Notes: generated by a model from the sequence alone, not told the origin. DNA of 64,000 nt from Marsupella aquatica (GCA_973895155.1 OZ316891.1:9673875-9737874); one strand, 5' to 3'; shown: positions 36,525-50,305, counted from the stretch's first letter. Made by a program: numbers and translations.

Positions 36525-39500
36525 CATCGTTTGGCATATAGTGTGCAATAAAAGATGTTGTTTGGGTAAAGATGTATGTTGTTGATAAATAGATCATGGT
36601 GCAAAAGAGATTGTTGAATAACAAAATTATCTGTTAAAATGTATTATTGCACAAAAACTTATGTTAAGTGAAAGATATCATTGTGCAAAATACTGGCTAG
36701 AGGAGCCACAAAAGTTCCCTTTTCTTTTTTCTCCTTGCACAAAAAATATTCTTGAATAAAAAATGTCATTGCACAAAAGATTGGCTATGACAACCACAAA
36801 AGTATAACAAAATGAGAGGCATCGGTTTTTCTTTTTTTCTTTTTTTCAACCTTTTTCCTCTTCGGTTCCTTTTAAATCTTAACCTCCCCCTTTCCCCCAT
36901 TTCACTGTTTTTGGTTTTCTCTTTTTCTCATTCAGCATCACTCCACTTGCTCGTCGGCCCCCCGTCTCCTCACCCATGTAACATTAGAGCCCTTCGAGGG
37001 GCTGCCCTACATTGTGTCCCCCTCTCCCGACACCTTGTCATCAATGCCTGTGCCATGCGCTTCACTATGTCTTTGGGCCTTATTACTTATGTTTTCTGAC
37101 ATTGAAAATGACAGTGCAAATAACTATAAAAATCACCACAAATAATGGGAGAATAGTTTTTTATTGATTTGTGTATGCAATACCCTATTGACTAAAATAT
37201 GATTAAATAAACTTCTTTTACCAGTATTATACAAAACTATGCAGCACACAATGTTGAGTATGTATAATACTTGCATGTGAGTATGTACAATACTTCCTTG
37301 CATGGATCGTGGAGGGAGTATTGCCTTGATCCTTGTAGTAAAGTTTTTCGCATTTTTGATGGTGTATGGTGTGATTATTTCTTGCTTGTCTTGGACAATT
37401 GTGTAACTTTTTGTGAGACACTAAACTCAATTCACACTATGGTTTTATTACTTACCTTTGACCATATTTTTTAATTTTATGCCCTGAAAATTTGAATGAC
37501 TAGCTAGCACTCTAAAAAGTGGCGCACCTTGTATTATAGTCTTTAATATCTAACCTGGCCCAACTTCAGTCCAGACGGTATCAAAACCCTTCAAGAAAAA
37601 ATCCTGCCAAGCCTACCACCCGGGTCGTCAGTTTACTTTGGCCAACATGAAACAATTGTTTCCACCAAGAAACTTTACAGATATTGGCACATTTGTGTCC
37701 CTATGTTTTTCTCAAAGAAAATGTGAAGATTTCTGTCGAATGTTGTCACATTGAACCATTGGTGACAGATTTCAATTTTTGGCTTTGTTTTTGCCTCAAT
37801 GTAGATTGGGAGAGCTCAGGAGAGAATGACAAAGACATTGGGCATTGATTAGCTCTTAAACAGTTTCAGATTGAGGCATTGTTTGCCATCCTACAATTGT
37901 TTTCAGCCCGGTTTTCCGCCCTCCTAATATGAGACACAAAACTATTACTTAGGGTTTTGACTCAATCTTGGCTGGGTTAACTAAACTAAATGCCCTAGAG
38001 TTAACATGAGTTAACTATACTCTTCATGAAGGGATAACCCTCTTTGTATCACATGAAGAGAGTTCAAAGTCAAAACCTCAAAGAGATATTTTAGATTTTC
38101 TGTCGGAGGGTTTGTCTACTATGAGTATTTATTTGCGCCCCGATTTGCGCAAGACAACGCACGGGGGGTTTGTTTTCCACAAGTATTTATTCGCACGAGA
38201 TGACGCTCAAACGTGAAAAAAGGGTTGGGGGCACATGGGGTTGAGGGGGCCTAGAGGGCACATTGCAGCCCCTGGGGAGATTTGAAAAATTCCCACATAG
38301 CCTTTACAAGGGCTGCAAGAATTTAGGGGAAATATACTTTTCTAACAATCCTGGTTTTGCAAAAAAGTTGAGATTTTTGTTTGGCAAACAGATTTTGGGA
38401 CAAGGTCCAGCATTTTCTAGGGTACCTAGAAATTCTCTTGGATGTTAATTTCAGTCACTTTCAGTTTTTGGTCATTTTGTAGTTGATGATGTCATGCTAT
38501 CATATGCTGTTGTGCTAATTTGGATGAAATTGAAAAGCTGCAAAGTGATGTTTGGCACTTCAAGGTCCTAGGGGTGTACAATGGTTGCTCCAAAAGTTAC
38601 TAGTGCAAAATAGAAGGTGAAGAAATTTACAGGCTACAATAATTTTACCTTATGCCAAGTTCAAATGCAAGATTTTAAGGTAGTTGGGACATGTTGAATT
38701 TCATTCATGCTAAAGGTCCATGCTTAACGTGCCCTTGGCATTTCTATGTCCATACAATGCACATAACATTCTATATAATCCATGCAAAATGTTACAAAAG
38801 TCTGAAATAGTTTGTTTCTACCCATGACCATTCAAACATTTGTCAATTAAATAGGAAATTCAAACATTTTACTGAATATTTTTAAGAACTAAATAAAATA
38901 AATTTAAGGGGAAATTCGTGAAACCCCACAGCAAGGGATCAGTGAGAGACAACATTTGAACACCTAACACTAGACCTAGAAGTGTCAACTCAAGTGAGCT
39001 TGCCTACCACCAGGCCTCTTTGGGTCTTTTAGTGAAAACTTTGACATATCCATCACAACTCATCCAAAAATTGTGTTTTTTGTTACCTCTTTGTTTGCTT
39101 ATTTGAAGTGTTACTTTTTATTTCCATGGTTCTTACTGGTACGGGCCGTACTATTTTTCTTTACCTTGTACTGAACCTAAATAATTAGGTTTGGTTGTTT
39201 TTGAACAACTAACTTTTCGTGTCTGTAACAATGATACGTGGTTGCGCAACAATATACTTTGGAAGTAGCTTCCTATGGGATATAGCTTCCGCAGCAATAG
39301 TAAAGTCTATAAACACGTTTTTCTCATGCATTGAGTAACTATGCATGCACAAAACGTAGAAGTCACTAAAGTATATTGGTAAAACATAAAATTTTAGAAT
39401 ATAATACTCTGTTACGTGCATTCAGTAGATGCGCAAAATCAATATACAATCACAAATACGAACAGTACTTCCACTCAAATCTTGGGCCAAGAGCCCACTC

Positions 39501-40738
39501 TGAAGTTTGTATTTGTGCTTGTCACATTTCACTTCGCCTAAGATTACTAGAATGCAGTTACTTGAGTTGTGGGAATAAGGTGATATTTTTGATTTTGAAC
39601 TTGAAACAAAAATTGATCACTATTGCCAAAAAATCTATGTTGAGTGAAAACTAGAAAAAGCAAAGTCAAATGTGATTAGGGTGGCTCTATGAGAGATTGG
39701 GCCACTTTGACTTTTTTTCCTGGTGTCATACATGTGATAAGGGCCATCCATTTGGAAGAAAGTGCTCTTACCTAACTTGTTGCTCATGTTACATGGAATG
39801 GAGTGGGGCCCAATTTTGGTTTATGGGGAGCACTTTTTGTCCCACATTTTAGATCACGTTTTGGATATCTCTTAATCTGGTAACTTGATACATTCCTATT
39901 TGAGTATTTTACACTAAAAGTAGTCACACATGCCCCTCATCATATCTTCTCAAAAGAGCCATAGCCAAAGAATTATGTGACTTTCAGGTGAAGTGGGTTA
40001 CCAGCTTATCTCTTAGCAAAAGATTGTACTTTGCATTACAAGTCATTCGGCCATAAAATGATTCCAAAACTCTTCTCTAGCCAGTGTCCATTATAGCATG
40101 CTCATCCGGAACATGCTTAACTTTTTGTCCGGTAGTGTTGTGTAAGTGGATAAAATAAGAGAGTAAACCTAGAATACATATTAAATGTGAATGGGATAAA
40201 ATAATATAAATAAAGCACATGCAAATAAAAGCACATAGAGACCAATGAAAGTACAAATAAATTTTATGACACAAAGATGCTAAGAGTTGTGCACTTACTT
40301 CAATGTGCCTTATAACACTCATTTCAATAAAAACCATAAATTTAGGAAAGAAAGCCATGAAGTATTCCGGCTACCTTGGACCTCCACCCTGATTGGGTTG
40401 TCCTCTAGGTTAATGTCTCTAAGAGCATTCCCACCGGTCTCGCTAAATGCCCGGTATCAATGGTAGTAGCGGAGGCTTTTCAATGTTTGTTGTGTTGCAT
40501 CTCAAAAACCTTGTCTCATACCCCACCCGAACGGTATCTAGTGCCCTGTACCACCAGCAACATAGTCAAAGGGTAGTCAACTACAGTTCGAGCAGTGAGC
40601 TTCGCGCTCAATAGGGCAATGTCAAACACGTCGGAATTGGGCTCTTGTTTGAACTTTCAACGCACAATTTTGAATGTCTGAAATTAAAACTCCTGATTCA
40701 AAGCTGAACTTGAAAGGCGTTGAGCTGTCAACCTTGCA

Positions 40739-42126
40739 TTGCTGTCAATTGAAGACCTTCAGTCAATTGACAATATACTCAAATCATGGAGAAAAAAATT
40801 GATGAAGCAGATTGAGGAGGGCAAGAGGGATTTCGATCAAGACATAGAGGCCTGGGAGCAAATCAGTATGTCTGGGCCACTCTCAATAATGGACTACGCC
40901 AAGAGAAAGTATAGGGTTGCAAATCGCAGAGGGGGATCAAGGCCAGGAAAGAGTAAAAATCTTGATAGAGAGAGACAGAAGGGGCATGAATGTATCTGGA
41001 GAGATTGTTTTTCAGAGAATCCCATCTACACAGACAGACATTTTTGAAGGAGATATTGGATGAGAAAGCCCCTTTTTTGGAAAATTCACAATGCAGTGAT
41101 TGTGGCAGATGTCTACTTTGTTCAAAGAAGAGATGTTGTAGGCGTTCTTGGTCTATCATCAATTCAACAAATGACTGCTACCATTCGTATGCTTGCACTT
41201 GGGATTTCTGGGGATGCCCTTGATGAATACATTCGAATTGTAGAGAGCACGACTATGGAGTCCTTGAAAAGATTTTTTGTGCAATTCGGATTGCATTTGA
41301 GACTGAATATCTAAGGCAACCAACAAGGGTTGACATGGAGAAGCAATTCAATGTCAATGAGGCCTGTGGATTCCTGGAATGTTTGCTAGCTTGGACTGTA
41401 TGCACTATATCTGGAAAATTTGTCCTGTTGGATGGCAGGGCCTTTTTACAAATAAGGACGGTGATAAATCTAATGTGCTTGAGGCAATAGCAGGCCAATC
41501 CTTGTGGACCTGGCACACATACTTTGGGCTCCTGGGATGCAATAACGACCTCAATGTCTTGGATCACTCACCTTTAGTAAATAATTTCCTGAGGAGTGAA
41601 GCTGATACAATTGGCTTCACAATGAATGACAAGCAGTATCACCGCTACTACCTTCTAGTTGATGGTATTTACTTGGATTGGTCCATATTTATTTCTAGTG
41701 TAAAGCACACATCCACAGGGTGATGCGAAGAAATGGTTTGCCAAGTGTCAAGAAGGAGCACGAAAAGATGTCGAGAGAGCTTTTGGGGTACTTCAACAGA
41801 GATGGGCAATTGTGAGAAATCCAGTTTGAATGCACCACCAAAATGACATAAAGGATGCCCTTCTAGCTTTTGTAATCCTTCATAACATGATAATTGAGGA
41901 TGAGAGACATGAGCATTTGCCGGCCGATTGGGATCAATGTGAGAGAGCGCACTTTCTACACAAGGGAGATTACTACCGACTACTGATTGGTATCAGTACC
42001 TTGCTGCCACTCGAGTGATTGAAGATGCTGAAACTCATTATATGTTGAGGAATGACCTCATTGCACATCTCTGGGATTTGAAAGGAAAGGGGCATCGTTT
42101 TCAATACGTAGGAAACCAGGATTGAT
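40739..42126 (+). pseudogene. Harbinger transposase pseudogene
   Basis: RGGSRPG...DCFSENPIY, MRKPLF..I...YFVQRRD..G.LGLS..Q.MTA.IRMLA.G..GDALDEY, MFASLDCMHYIWK.CP.GWQG, NNDLNVLD.SP, YLLVDGIY, RKDVERAFGVLQ.RW and ILHNMIIEDER, spread over several frames with stops. Confidence 0.9.
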
Positions 42127-42746
42127 TGTAGGGCAGCATGCAATTCAATTCCAATCTTATTTTCAAATCTAATCTCACTTTAATAAAGCGACAAATTGAC
42201 CTCAAGTGCACAAATATAGCAGACAACACTTGTATCGTGTATATGCCTTGCAAATTTTATTTAGCAATTGTTTTGTACAAAATCAGGTTGTTGACATTGG
42301 TGGATGGAGTCTAACTAAAATCCAAGACTAAAATTTCCTGCTCCAATTGACTTCAAGAAAAAATATTCAGGTAGCTAGGCTGCCAGAGTGAGAGTCTTCG
42401 TCACATTCTGGCGACTATGCCACATCCACTAGGTGCACAATGGGGCCATAATTTTGAACCGTGTGAGGGGGAATCGGTACTCAGGGGTCTCACTATATAG
42501 ATGCCTCCCCATCACCTGCGACATTTTTAGGCCTCAGAGCCCCTAAAATGTAAGAATTCTTAAAAACAATTTACCCCTATAAAGTGGGAATATTCTGAGA
42601 ATATTCCAAAATTTGGTTATAAGGACCCTAATGTTCTTATAAGTCCCAAAATTAGATTTAAAAGACCCTATTGTTCTTCTCATAAAATTCTCAAGTCTTC
42701 CCTTCAAACCAATAAAATGACCTTATACTTCGTCGCACGTGATATG

Positions 42747-43950
42747 CTATTTTTGTGGAAGTAAACCCCCAAGAATCGGTAGAGCTGTTCTTGAGGCAGT
42801 TCTTCGAATGGCCCTAGATGCATTCTCTGCCTCTGCCTGGTCCTCCATCTCAATTTGTTTTTTGAACTTCTCCATATTCCTCGCTCTTTGAATCCTAAAA
42901 AACTCTTGACATTCAGGATCAAAAGTTGCTACTCTCATTGTGAACAGTTTTGAAGATTTTGTTCCTCCATGAGCTTGATTCACTTGGCATTAAGTAAAGC
43001 CGTGTCATGTTGTGCATAAGTAGCATGCAATTCTGAAAGAAAAATCTTCCGCTTTCAATTTCTTTGCAGCCTTGTTGCTGATCGGTCTCACCTGCCCAAA
43101 GCTTCTACCTTCTTTTGGGCCTGTAGTGTCTGAGGAAGAGTTTACATTGTTGTCAATAATGTCTCTAGCGGTGCTGCTTGGTTGGGCGTTCTCGTTCTCT
43201 ATTGTCCCCCTTCCGTTTCCCTTCCCCTTCCCCTTCCCTTTTTGTGCCATGTCGTCCACCGTAATCGCAAATCGAGGGCAGTCTTTCAAAAGCTCCCAAC
43301 AATCCAAGTTGATGAATGGTTTTCCCTTTGGCTGCTTGGCAGCATATAGCTCCTTCGCCTTCGTCAAAATTTCCTCATCATTTGCGCCAGAGATGTGCAG
43401 GTCTAGCACTGTAGCATATGTGCCAGAAAATTTTGTCACATCATGTTTCAAATCACCCCATTTGCTCTCCAATGATCTTGTACCTCTTTCTTCTGTTGTT
43501 TGAGGTCAATGTGAGTTGTAGTGCTGAGCCACACGATCCCAAAATGCCTGATTCCTTTGCGTTACACCAACAATTGGATCCTACGAGATATGCATCCAAG
43601 AAATGGATAGTTGCTTCAGCTTGGCATTGGAAAATTCTGCCCTCAAGATTTGCCCGATTATGCCATGTTGCAGGTCCACAAGGAAAGAATGTATAGGACA
43701 AGCACGCGGAGCAACAATTGCACACAGAGATCCAGAAAGCACCGTGCATCTCGGACTTCTTCTACTTTTGTACCACATTCGGCAAAAATATCAATGGCCA
43801 AAGTTGGACCAGATCGTCCCAAATGGTTCAACATCTGCCGTGGATCCTTGATGGTGTGTAGTGGTGGAGGAGTTTGGTGCCCGCCAGATTCAATCATTTT
43901 TGGCGGAGCGTGCTCAAGTTCTGGCGGGCCCGGTGTTCAAAATTAGTGTT
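42747..43950 (-). pseudogene. Harbinger Myb-like/NAM-associated partner gene, disrupted
   Basis: Fragments ISQDPIVG.., SKWGDLKHDVTKFSGTY...SGANDEEIL..A..LY...GKPF...CWELLKDCPRF and RPISNKAAK, separated by stops or frameshifts. Confidence 0.75.
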
Positions 43951-46900
43951 GGCGGGCTACGGTGGGGCATGAAAAAACGAGTTGGTGGTCCCCTCTCACT
44001 AAAGTCGTTGCAAGTTGGGCAATTTAATGGGCCAGAGGGAATGCTCTAATTATGCTTTCAATATGGTTTCTCAGGCAGCAATTTTTTGTGCTTTGAGGGC
44101 GGCGGATCCAGACATCCAGTCCCTTATCCCCTTTGTCTGTTGTTTTATGGAATCAAGGCCCCCCTCTTCTATAGTCATCACACCTCTACAAGAGTGTATA
44201 CCAGTAACTCTTTCTTCTGGATAAGGTACACGTCAGGCTGACCCTTTGGGTGGGCCTTGTTTTGCTATTGCCCATTTTACAACTTTACGGGAAGCCTCCG
44301 CGAACCACCCCCAGTGTATCTTCCCCTCCCTTTTAGATGACACATCATTGGTCCCCCCACTACGGTTACTTCTGCCCTCGCCACCCTTTCCACCCATTTG
44401 TTGGGCCTCAGTTTACGGGTTCAGCCTATGAAGAGTCGTGCATGGAGTCCAGCTGGGTTACCCTCTGATCTTGCGCTTCCCCCTGGGTTCTTACGTCCAG
44501 CTGACGGTCTTTGGGTCCTTGGCTACCGTCTCCTTTTGCTCATCTTTCATTGATGACGCTCTATAGGCTGCCTTAGTCCCTACTCCTATGCTCCCTAAGT
44601 TAGCAGATTCTCAGGCAGCATTTGGGTTGTTGTTGAGATGCATCGACCCTCGCATGTCCTATTTGGCTTGGACATATCCCCCTACCGAGGATCTTTATCT
44701 ATACCTCCAAGCGTTTGATGTCTCCATTTGTGAGACTTTGGCCTCTCTTTTAGGGCTAGGTACTTTGCTCTCATCTCCGTGGCTTCATTGACAGCTCAAT
44801 CTTTCTATTTCTCAGGGTGGTTTTGGGCTTACTCCCATTGAGCGCCTTGCACCTTTGGCCTTTTTGGGCGCGTGGGTGGCCACCTTCTCATTGTTGGCAG
44901 ATTGTTTCCTTATTGAGGATCAACCTTTTTTACCTTGTGTCTCTCATGGGGGTAGAGGAGGGTTCCCTCCCATTTCAGGTTCATTTGCGCACGGCGCGGT
45001 CATCATTACCAGATCTTGTCCGAGTTGCATTACTTTAATTTCAGGAGTTTTTATCCTTGGACCTCGTCCATCTTCAGGCAGACCTTGTTGGGCGTACGCA
45101 CGCTTTCACCCTCTCCAACATCCTCACCAAGGCACCTCACACAGACCAAGCTCGGATTCGTTCTTTCGGAGGGAAGAGCGCAAGAGGATGGCTTCAGGCC
45201 AATCCAGTCATTCCTCACCTGTGAATGTTTTCAGCGGAGTTTGCAACAGCCATGCATCTTTGTATGGGCTTGCCCCACCCACTTCTTGCTGGTTTACCTC
45301 CTTGCACTTGTGGGAAGCCTTGTGATGCCACAGGTGTCCATCTTTTTTGGTGTAGTTTGGGAGGCAAAACCATTCTTTTCATGATGTTGTGAGAGATGCA
45401 ACTGCTCAGGTTCTCTCTGGTTCTTTGGTCTGCACGCGGCGGGAGGTGGTGCTCAAGTTACCTGGTCCTTCATCATAGTGGTTACGGGTGGATCTTACCA
45501 CGGTCCGTGAGGGTCAACATACTTTGGCAAATGTAGTGGTGGTAAACCCATTGCGCCAAGACATCATTGGGACAACGGCAACAACGACAGGGGCAACAAC
45601 ATCACGAGCAGCAACAACAAAGGAGACCAAACATGCTGCATGAGCTTCATCTGATAGCTTCCTCCCCCTCGCTCTTGAGATATTTGGGCATCTCGATCAT
45701 CAGTTTGACGGGCTTCTTTGACAAGCTGCTCGGGATGTTCATGGCTGGATGGGTCCCACCAAAAACCCTGCTATCTGTTTTGACCACACACTTTTGCCAG
45801 CGCATTTTAGTTACCTTACAGCATGCTCAAGCTCGGGCCATCTATCGTCAATCTCTGACAGTGGGTGTTAGTGTGATTCCGCAACGGCTAGCCCCCTAGA
45901 GGTCATTCCAGTCCCACTTGCCGATTTAGTTTTGACATTTGATGTATGCCATTAGCTTTTTGCCACATTTGCTAGGAATGATGAGGACCTTGGTCCATTT
46001 GCGATAATTTTTGTTCCTCTTTCTTGGTTTATAGGGTTTCCTTTTGCTCACTTCTTTTAGTTCCTCTTTCTTGGTTTTTAGGTGTTTTCGTTTGCTCCCT
46101 TCTTTTGCGTTTGGTTTGTCCACTTGGGACCTCTCTTGTTTTTTCTTTTGTACTCTGTTTGGTCCTTTTGTGTAAAAAGTATGTATATATTTTCTCATGA
46201 GGGGAACTTAAGACACAATGTGTTGATGTTACTTAGAATCATTCCTCTAATTCATGAGAGTACTTAAAAGTGATAGAAAATGAAGCCCATGGTTTCTCTC
46301 TAGGACATAAAAAAGTTTAAAAATTAAGGGGGCTGCCAAAATAAATTCAAAATACTATAGAATACCAAAAATTAAAGGGGTCCAAAAATGTATTCAAATT
46401 CTAAATGATACAAAGGATGCCCCTTTTTAAGGTAGGTTCAAATAAAAATATATGACACAAAATTGTGAATAAGACAAAACATGAAAATTGTATTCACCAC
46501 ATATCATCATTATGGAATTACAATGCTATGTCCACTATTTTTAGGATGAGCTTATAAACTACGGTAGCTTTGGTAAGAAAGCATTCAAACCGCCCCCAAG
46601 ATAGTGGAAAGCCACCCCAAAGATTGAGTTTAGTTTCTGGCTTGCCTAAAAGTGCACTATTCTTCATGGGACTACGGTAATTCGTGACCAAACATAAAAA
46701 GCTGACAGAACCGAGACGAGCTAACGAGCTTCGGTTATGTCAATTTAACAAGTACTGTACTCTTGATGTATGTGGTATCACGATTCATCATGACAGTCCA
46801 GCTGTCGTCGGTGGACGTGGTACGATATAGTTGGGATGTAGTAGTTTGGCCTTGACAAGACTGGTAAGATATTTATTTATTTTGGCACGAAAGAAGGACT

Positions 46901-48039
46901 GGTGAGATATTATTATTATGAGAAGAAGTCAGAACTCAGAAGAGATCAAAACTCAAAGGAGTATGTCCCAAGTCCCAACCAGCCAACCTGCTTCTGCAGC
47001 CGTCAGCAGCGACTAATCTGTAAATTAAAGCAGAGCCAGTTCCATTATTTACCATCTGTAAACACCCACCTGTCCGGATATACGGTGTGGGACGAGCATT
47101 CTGCATTATGGCGCCATTTGCTGGCTAGAATTTCGTGCTGAAGTGTTGCACCCACTACCCATAATGTCCCTTTGACCTTGACTAAATATAACAGAATCGC
47201 CCTTTTACCTCTATGAACTCTATGAATTGTAGTGTTGGGTGACAACGACCTTCCTGCGCAGCATTTTGCAACAACAAAACTGAGCCGGGTGCACACTGCT
47301 TGGAAAGAAAAACAAGGTTTCCGTTAAAATGTGTAGAAACAGTTCAAAGGAATATGAAATTTAATCATTGCATGTTCGCCTAAAATTGTTTTTGAGTAGC
47401 TGAGCTGCTTACAAAGTCTCTTGGGACAATTTAAGTTGCGCATGTTTACTTTTTGAGTAGCTGAGCTGCTCAGCAAGCGTCCTGAGATTTTGAGTCCTGC
47501 ATGTTTACTGGGGAGTGTCAACAAGCCTACGGTTTCTAGTTCATGATTCGTGCTTCTAAGATGGGGAGATTTTTGTTTGTTATCTAATTTTGATGGAATT
47601 TTCAAGATATCAGTTTGAAGAGTTCAATTTTTTTGTTTGTTTCTGTTTATCTTGCAAGGATTAATTTACTCATTATTAACTTTGAGAGTCCCAATTCATT
47701 CCAATTGTTAAGATTAAATAATATGTACCATGACTAGTTGCTAACTTGGAGCTGAATAAAGAGAGGTACATTTTGTCAAAATGAGATAATATGGCACGTA
47801 ATTACAAGCACCCAGCTACAAAAGAAAATCACACTAGAGTGATCCTATGATGAAGACTTCTATATATGCCAGTTGCTCCTACCTATTAAGTGGTTTGGTG
47901 AACACCTACATTAACTCCTACAATACACAGTTGTGACACTTTTAGAGTGGTCCTCATTCAAATTTGCAGGGCACAAAAATTAAAAAATCTGACCAAGAGA
48001 AGGAATAAACCAAAATTGAATTATATTTAGTGTCAAATT

Positions 48040-48700
48040 TGCAGGGCACACAATATCTTTTTTTTAATAAACAACATCTATTTTCTTATTAATTACATCT
48101 TAGATGACATGACAATTTTTTTCTTAATAACATCGTGGGCGACACAATATCTGTTTTTTTATTAATGACATCTTAGATGATCTGACATCTTTTTTCTTAA
48201 CATCTTGGGCGACATGATATCTTTTTTTCTTAACGACATCTTGAAGGACATGACATCTTTTTTCTTCACGACATCTTTTGTGCAATGCACGAGTATTTTC
48301 TTCATGACATCTTTTGTTCTCAATGACTTTTTGGCCGACACAACATATTTTTTTCTCATCGACATCTTGGTCGACACAACATCTTCCTTCTCGACGACCT
48401 CTTGGCCGACACGACATCTTTTGTTCTCAACAACCTCTTGGCCGACACAACATCTTCCTTCTCAACAACCTCTTGGCCGACACAACATCTTCCTTCTCAA
48501 CAACCTTTTGGCCTAAACGACATCTTTCTTCTCAACGACCTCTTGGCCTAAACGACATCTTTCTTCTCAACGACCTCTTGACCGACACAACATCTTTCTT
48601 CTCATTAATCTCTTGGCTGACAAGACATCTTTCTTCTCAATAACCTCTTGGCCAACACTACCTCTTTTGTTCTTAATTACATCAGGAACTACATCTTGGC
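48040..48700. repeat. Minisatellite, ~35-bp unit (about 10 clear plus ~8 degenerate copies)
   Basis: Unit ttggccgacacaacatctt(c/t)cttctcaac(a/g)acctc repeats head-to-tail at 48331-48680 and degenerates toward 48040. A related degenerate tract lies in reverse orientation at ~36530-36780. Confidence 0.9.
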
Positions 48701-50305
48701 CATTACAATATCTTTTGTGCAACGCACAGGATTGAACTATAATTGCATGATATTTAGTTTTTGCAAATTTCTAGATCATTTATGAATAAAAAGGGATATT
48801 TATCTATTTTTATAATATGTATTACACCAGCCCAAGCATCTATTGGTTTAATAACTTTGACTTGGAGTCTATCTTTAAGCTATTTACTGTAACAGGAAGT
48901 CAACTCCCATTGATTCAGTTTGCTAAAATAGTAATGAGTTCATTACAATTAATATCCTTGGATCTTAAATTGTGATCACTAATTCTTTGGATCCTCAACA
49001 CTGCCCTCAACAGATAGGAAGTTACTTTTCACAAAAATAGGTCTATTTCATTTACAATTTAGGGCTATTGATATTCCAAAAATGATGTTCCCATGGACCA
49101 CAAGGTTGGTATTCTGAACCCACTAGATGTTCATAAATGCAAATATTTGTTAGTTTTGAGAATGTGCTAGAGTAAGCTTTCATCAAACTGACATTGAGTT
49201 TTTGGCCATTTGTGCCATTTTGGTTGAGTTATTCATCATGGATTGTGGAAAGGTAAATTTTATTAATTTAATTTTCATTTTGTTAATATGAAATGTAGGG
49301 CTTGTGTTTTTTTTCTGTTTCCTACTTCTCTAGTTGCATTGCATGTGAAAAACTAAAAATTATTTTAGGGCTCATAATCATCAAACTATAAGCCCAAAAC
49401 TCCCATGGACCACAAAATTGTAGTCCACAGGAGCACTCTATCCAGCATGGAGGTCCATTACTAGGGCTTCACTTTCTTATGTTCCAATAGACATATAAAT
49501 CCAACAACATATTTAGCTCAAATCTATGCACCACCTGTTACAATTCATAGCCTTGGATGGGTGTTACTTTCTTATTTCTATTTTTTGTATGTCTTCTAAA
49601 GTACATAGTTACACAAGTGTTCGGTAGAGGTATATTAGTCATGGACCCCATAGTTACCAGAAAAGTTTGTGTGATGGCCCCCCATAAAAGTTGGTCCAAA
49701 CTAGACCCCCTCCCGTACGTTCTGTACATTGTGTTATGCATAACTGCATAGTCTCAAGCATTTCTCATCTACTCTTTGGTTTGGAGATTTATGATATTTC
49801 ATTAATTGTGACATAGATAGCTCACTAGACACATTGGGAACATTCCAAATTGCTCAGGTGGAGCGTAAAGTGATTACTTCCAAGGATCCATATTTTTGTC
49901 TTGTAGTGATATGTAATTCATTTGACTTATTTTATGTTTAAAAAAAGTAGATACATGTAAATTATATGCCAATAAATTAATATCTGTTAATTAAGAGTGA
50001 GTGACATCAAAGATTGAGTGACACCTTTCACATGCCAAAAAAACATATTATGACCAAGAAAGTACAAAGTTACTAAAGAGTTGTGCACATACAGTACAGA
50101 TTTGCACTTGCTTCTGGGTAGGGACAATCAACTCAATTAAAACCATAAATTTTGCAAAGTAAACCATGAGGGGGAACTTAATACACAAGATGTGCACATT
50201 GTTTAAATTCATTTGTCTCACTCTCATGAGAAAAAAGCTAAGGAGTGATTGAAAAGGAAAAATTAAACATTTAGGAGGGGAGCCAAATATATTCAAAATA
50301 CTCTA

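Larger units (their letters stand above)
40423..44046. mobile_element. Decayed PIF/Harbinger (Pong-like, plant transposon protein type), 3624 bp
   Basis: TIRs GAGCATTCCCaccggtc.. and ..gccagaGGGAATGCTC (10 bp perfect, ~30 bp imperfect); TAA on both flanks (40420-40422, 44047-44049). Confidence 0.88.
40361..46195 (+). mobile_element. 5'-truncated, decayed CRE-like non-LTR retrotransposon (RT + CCHC + restriction-like endonuclease), split by a Harbinger
   Basis: 40361-40422 reads IPATLDLHPDWVVL*VNVSN and continues after 44049 as YAFNMVSQAAIF...GTRQADPLGG...FPSLLDDT. Later segments read CTCGKPCDATGVHLFWC...HDVVRD...RVDL...NVVVVNP...KETKH...FLPLALEIFG...QRILVTLQHAQARAI. A T-rich 3' tail follows; catga flanks both ends (40356-40360, 46196-46200). 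Confidence 0.75.

Noticed and set aside
38950-39020. tRNA or tRNA-derived SINE (A/B-box-like words on the minus strand)
   Set aside because: No cloverleaf can be formed and the boxes are too degenerate to support a call.
48124-48643. Repetitive K/D/V- or T/S-rich ORFs as proteins
   Set aside because: They are translations of the 35-bp minisatellite, whose unit length is not a multiple of 3.
48330-48690. 35-bp repeats as a CRISPR array
   Set aside because: Units are head-to-tail with no unique spacers, there are no cas genes, and the context is eukaryotic.
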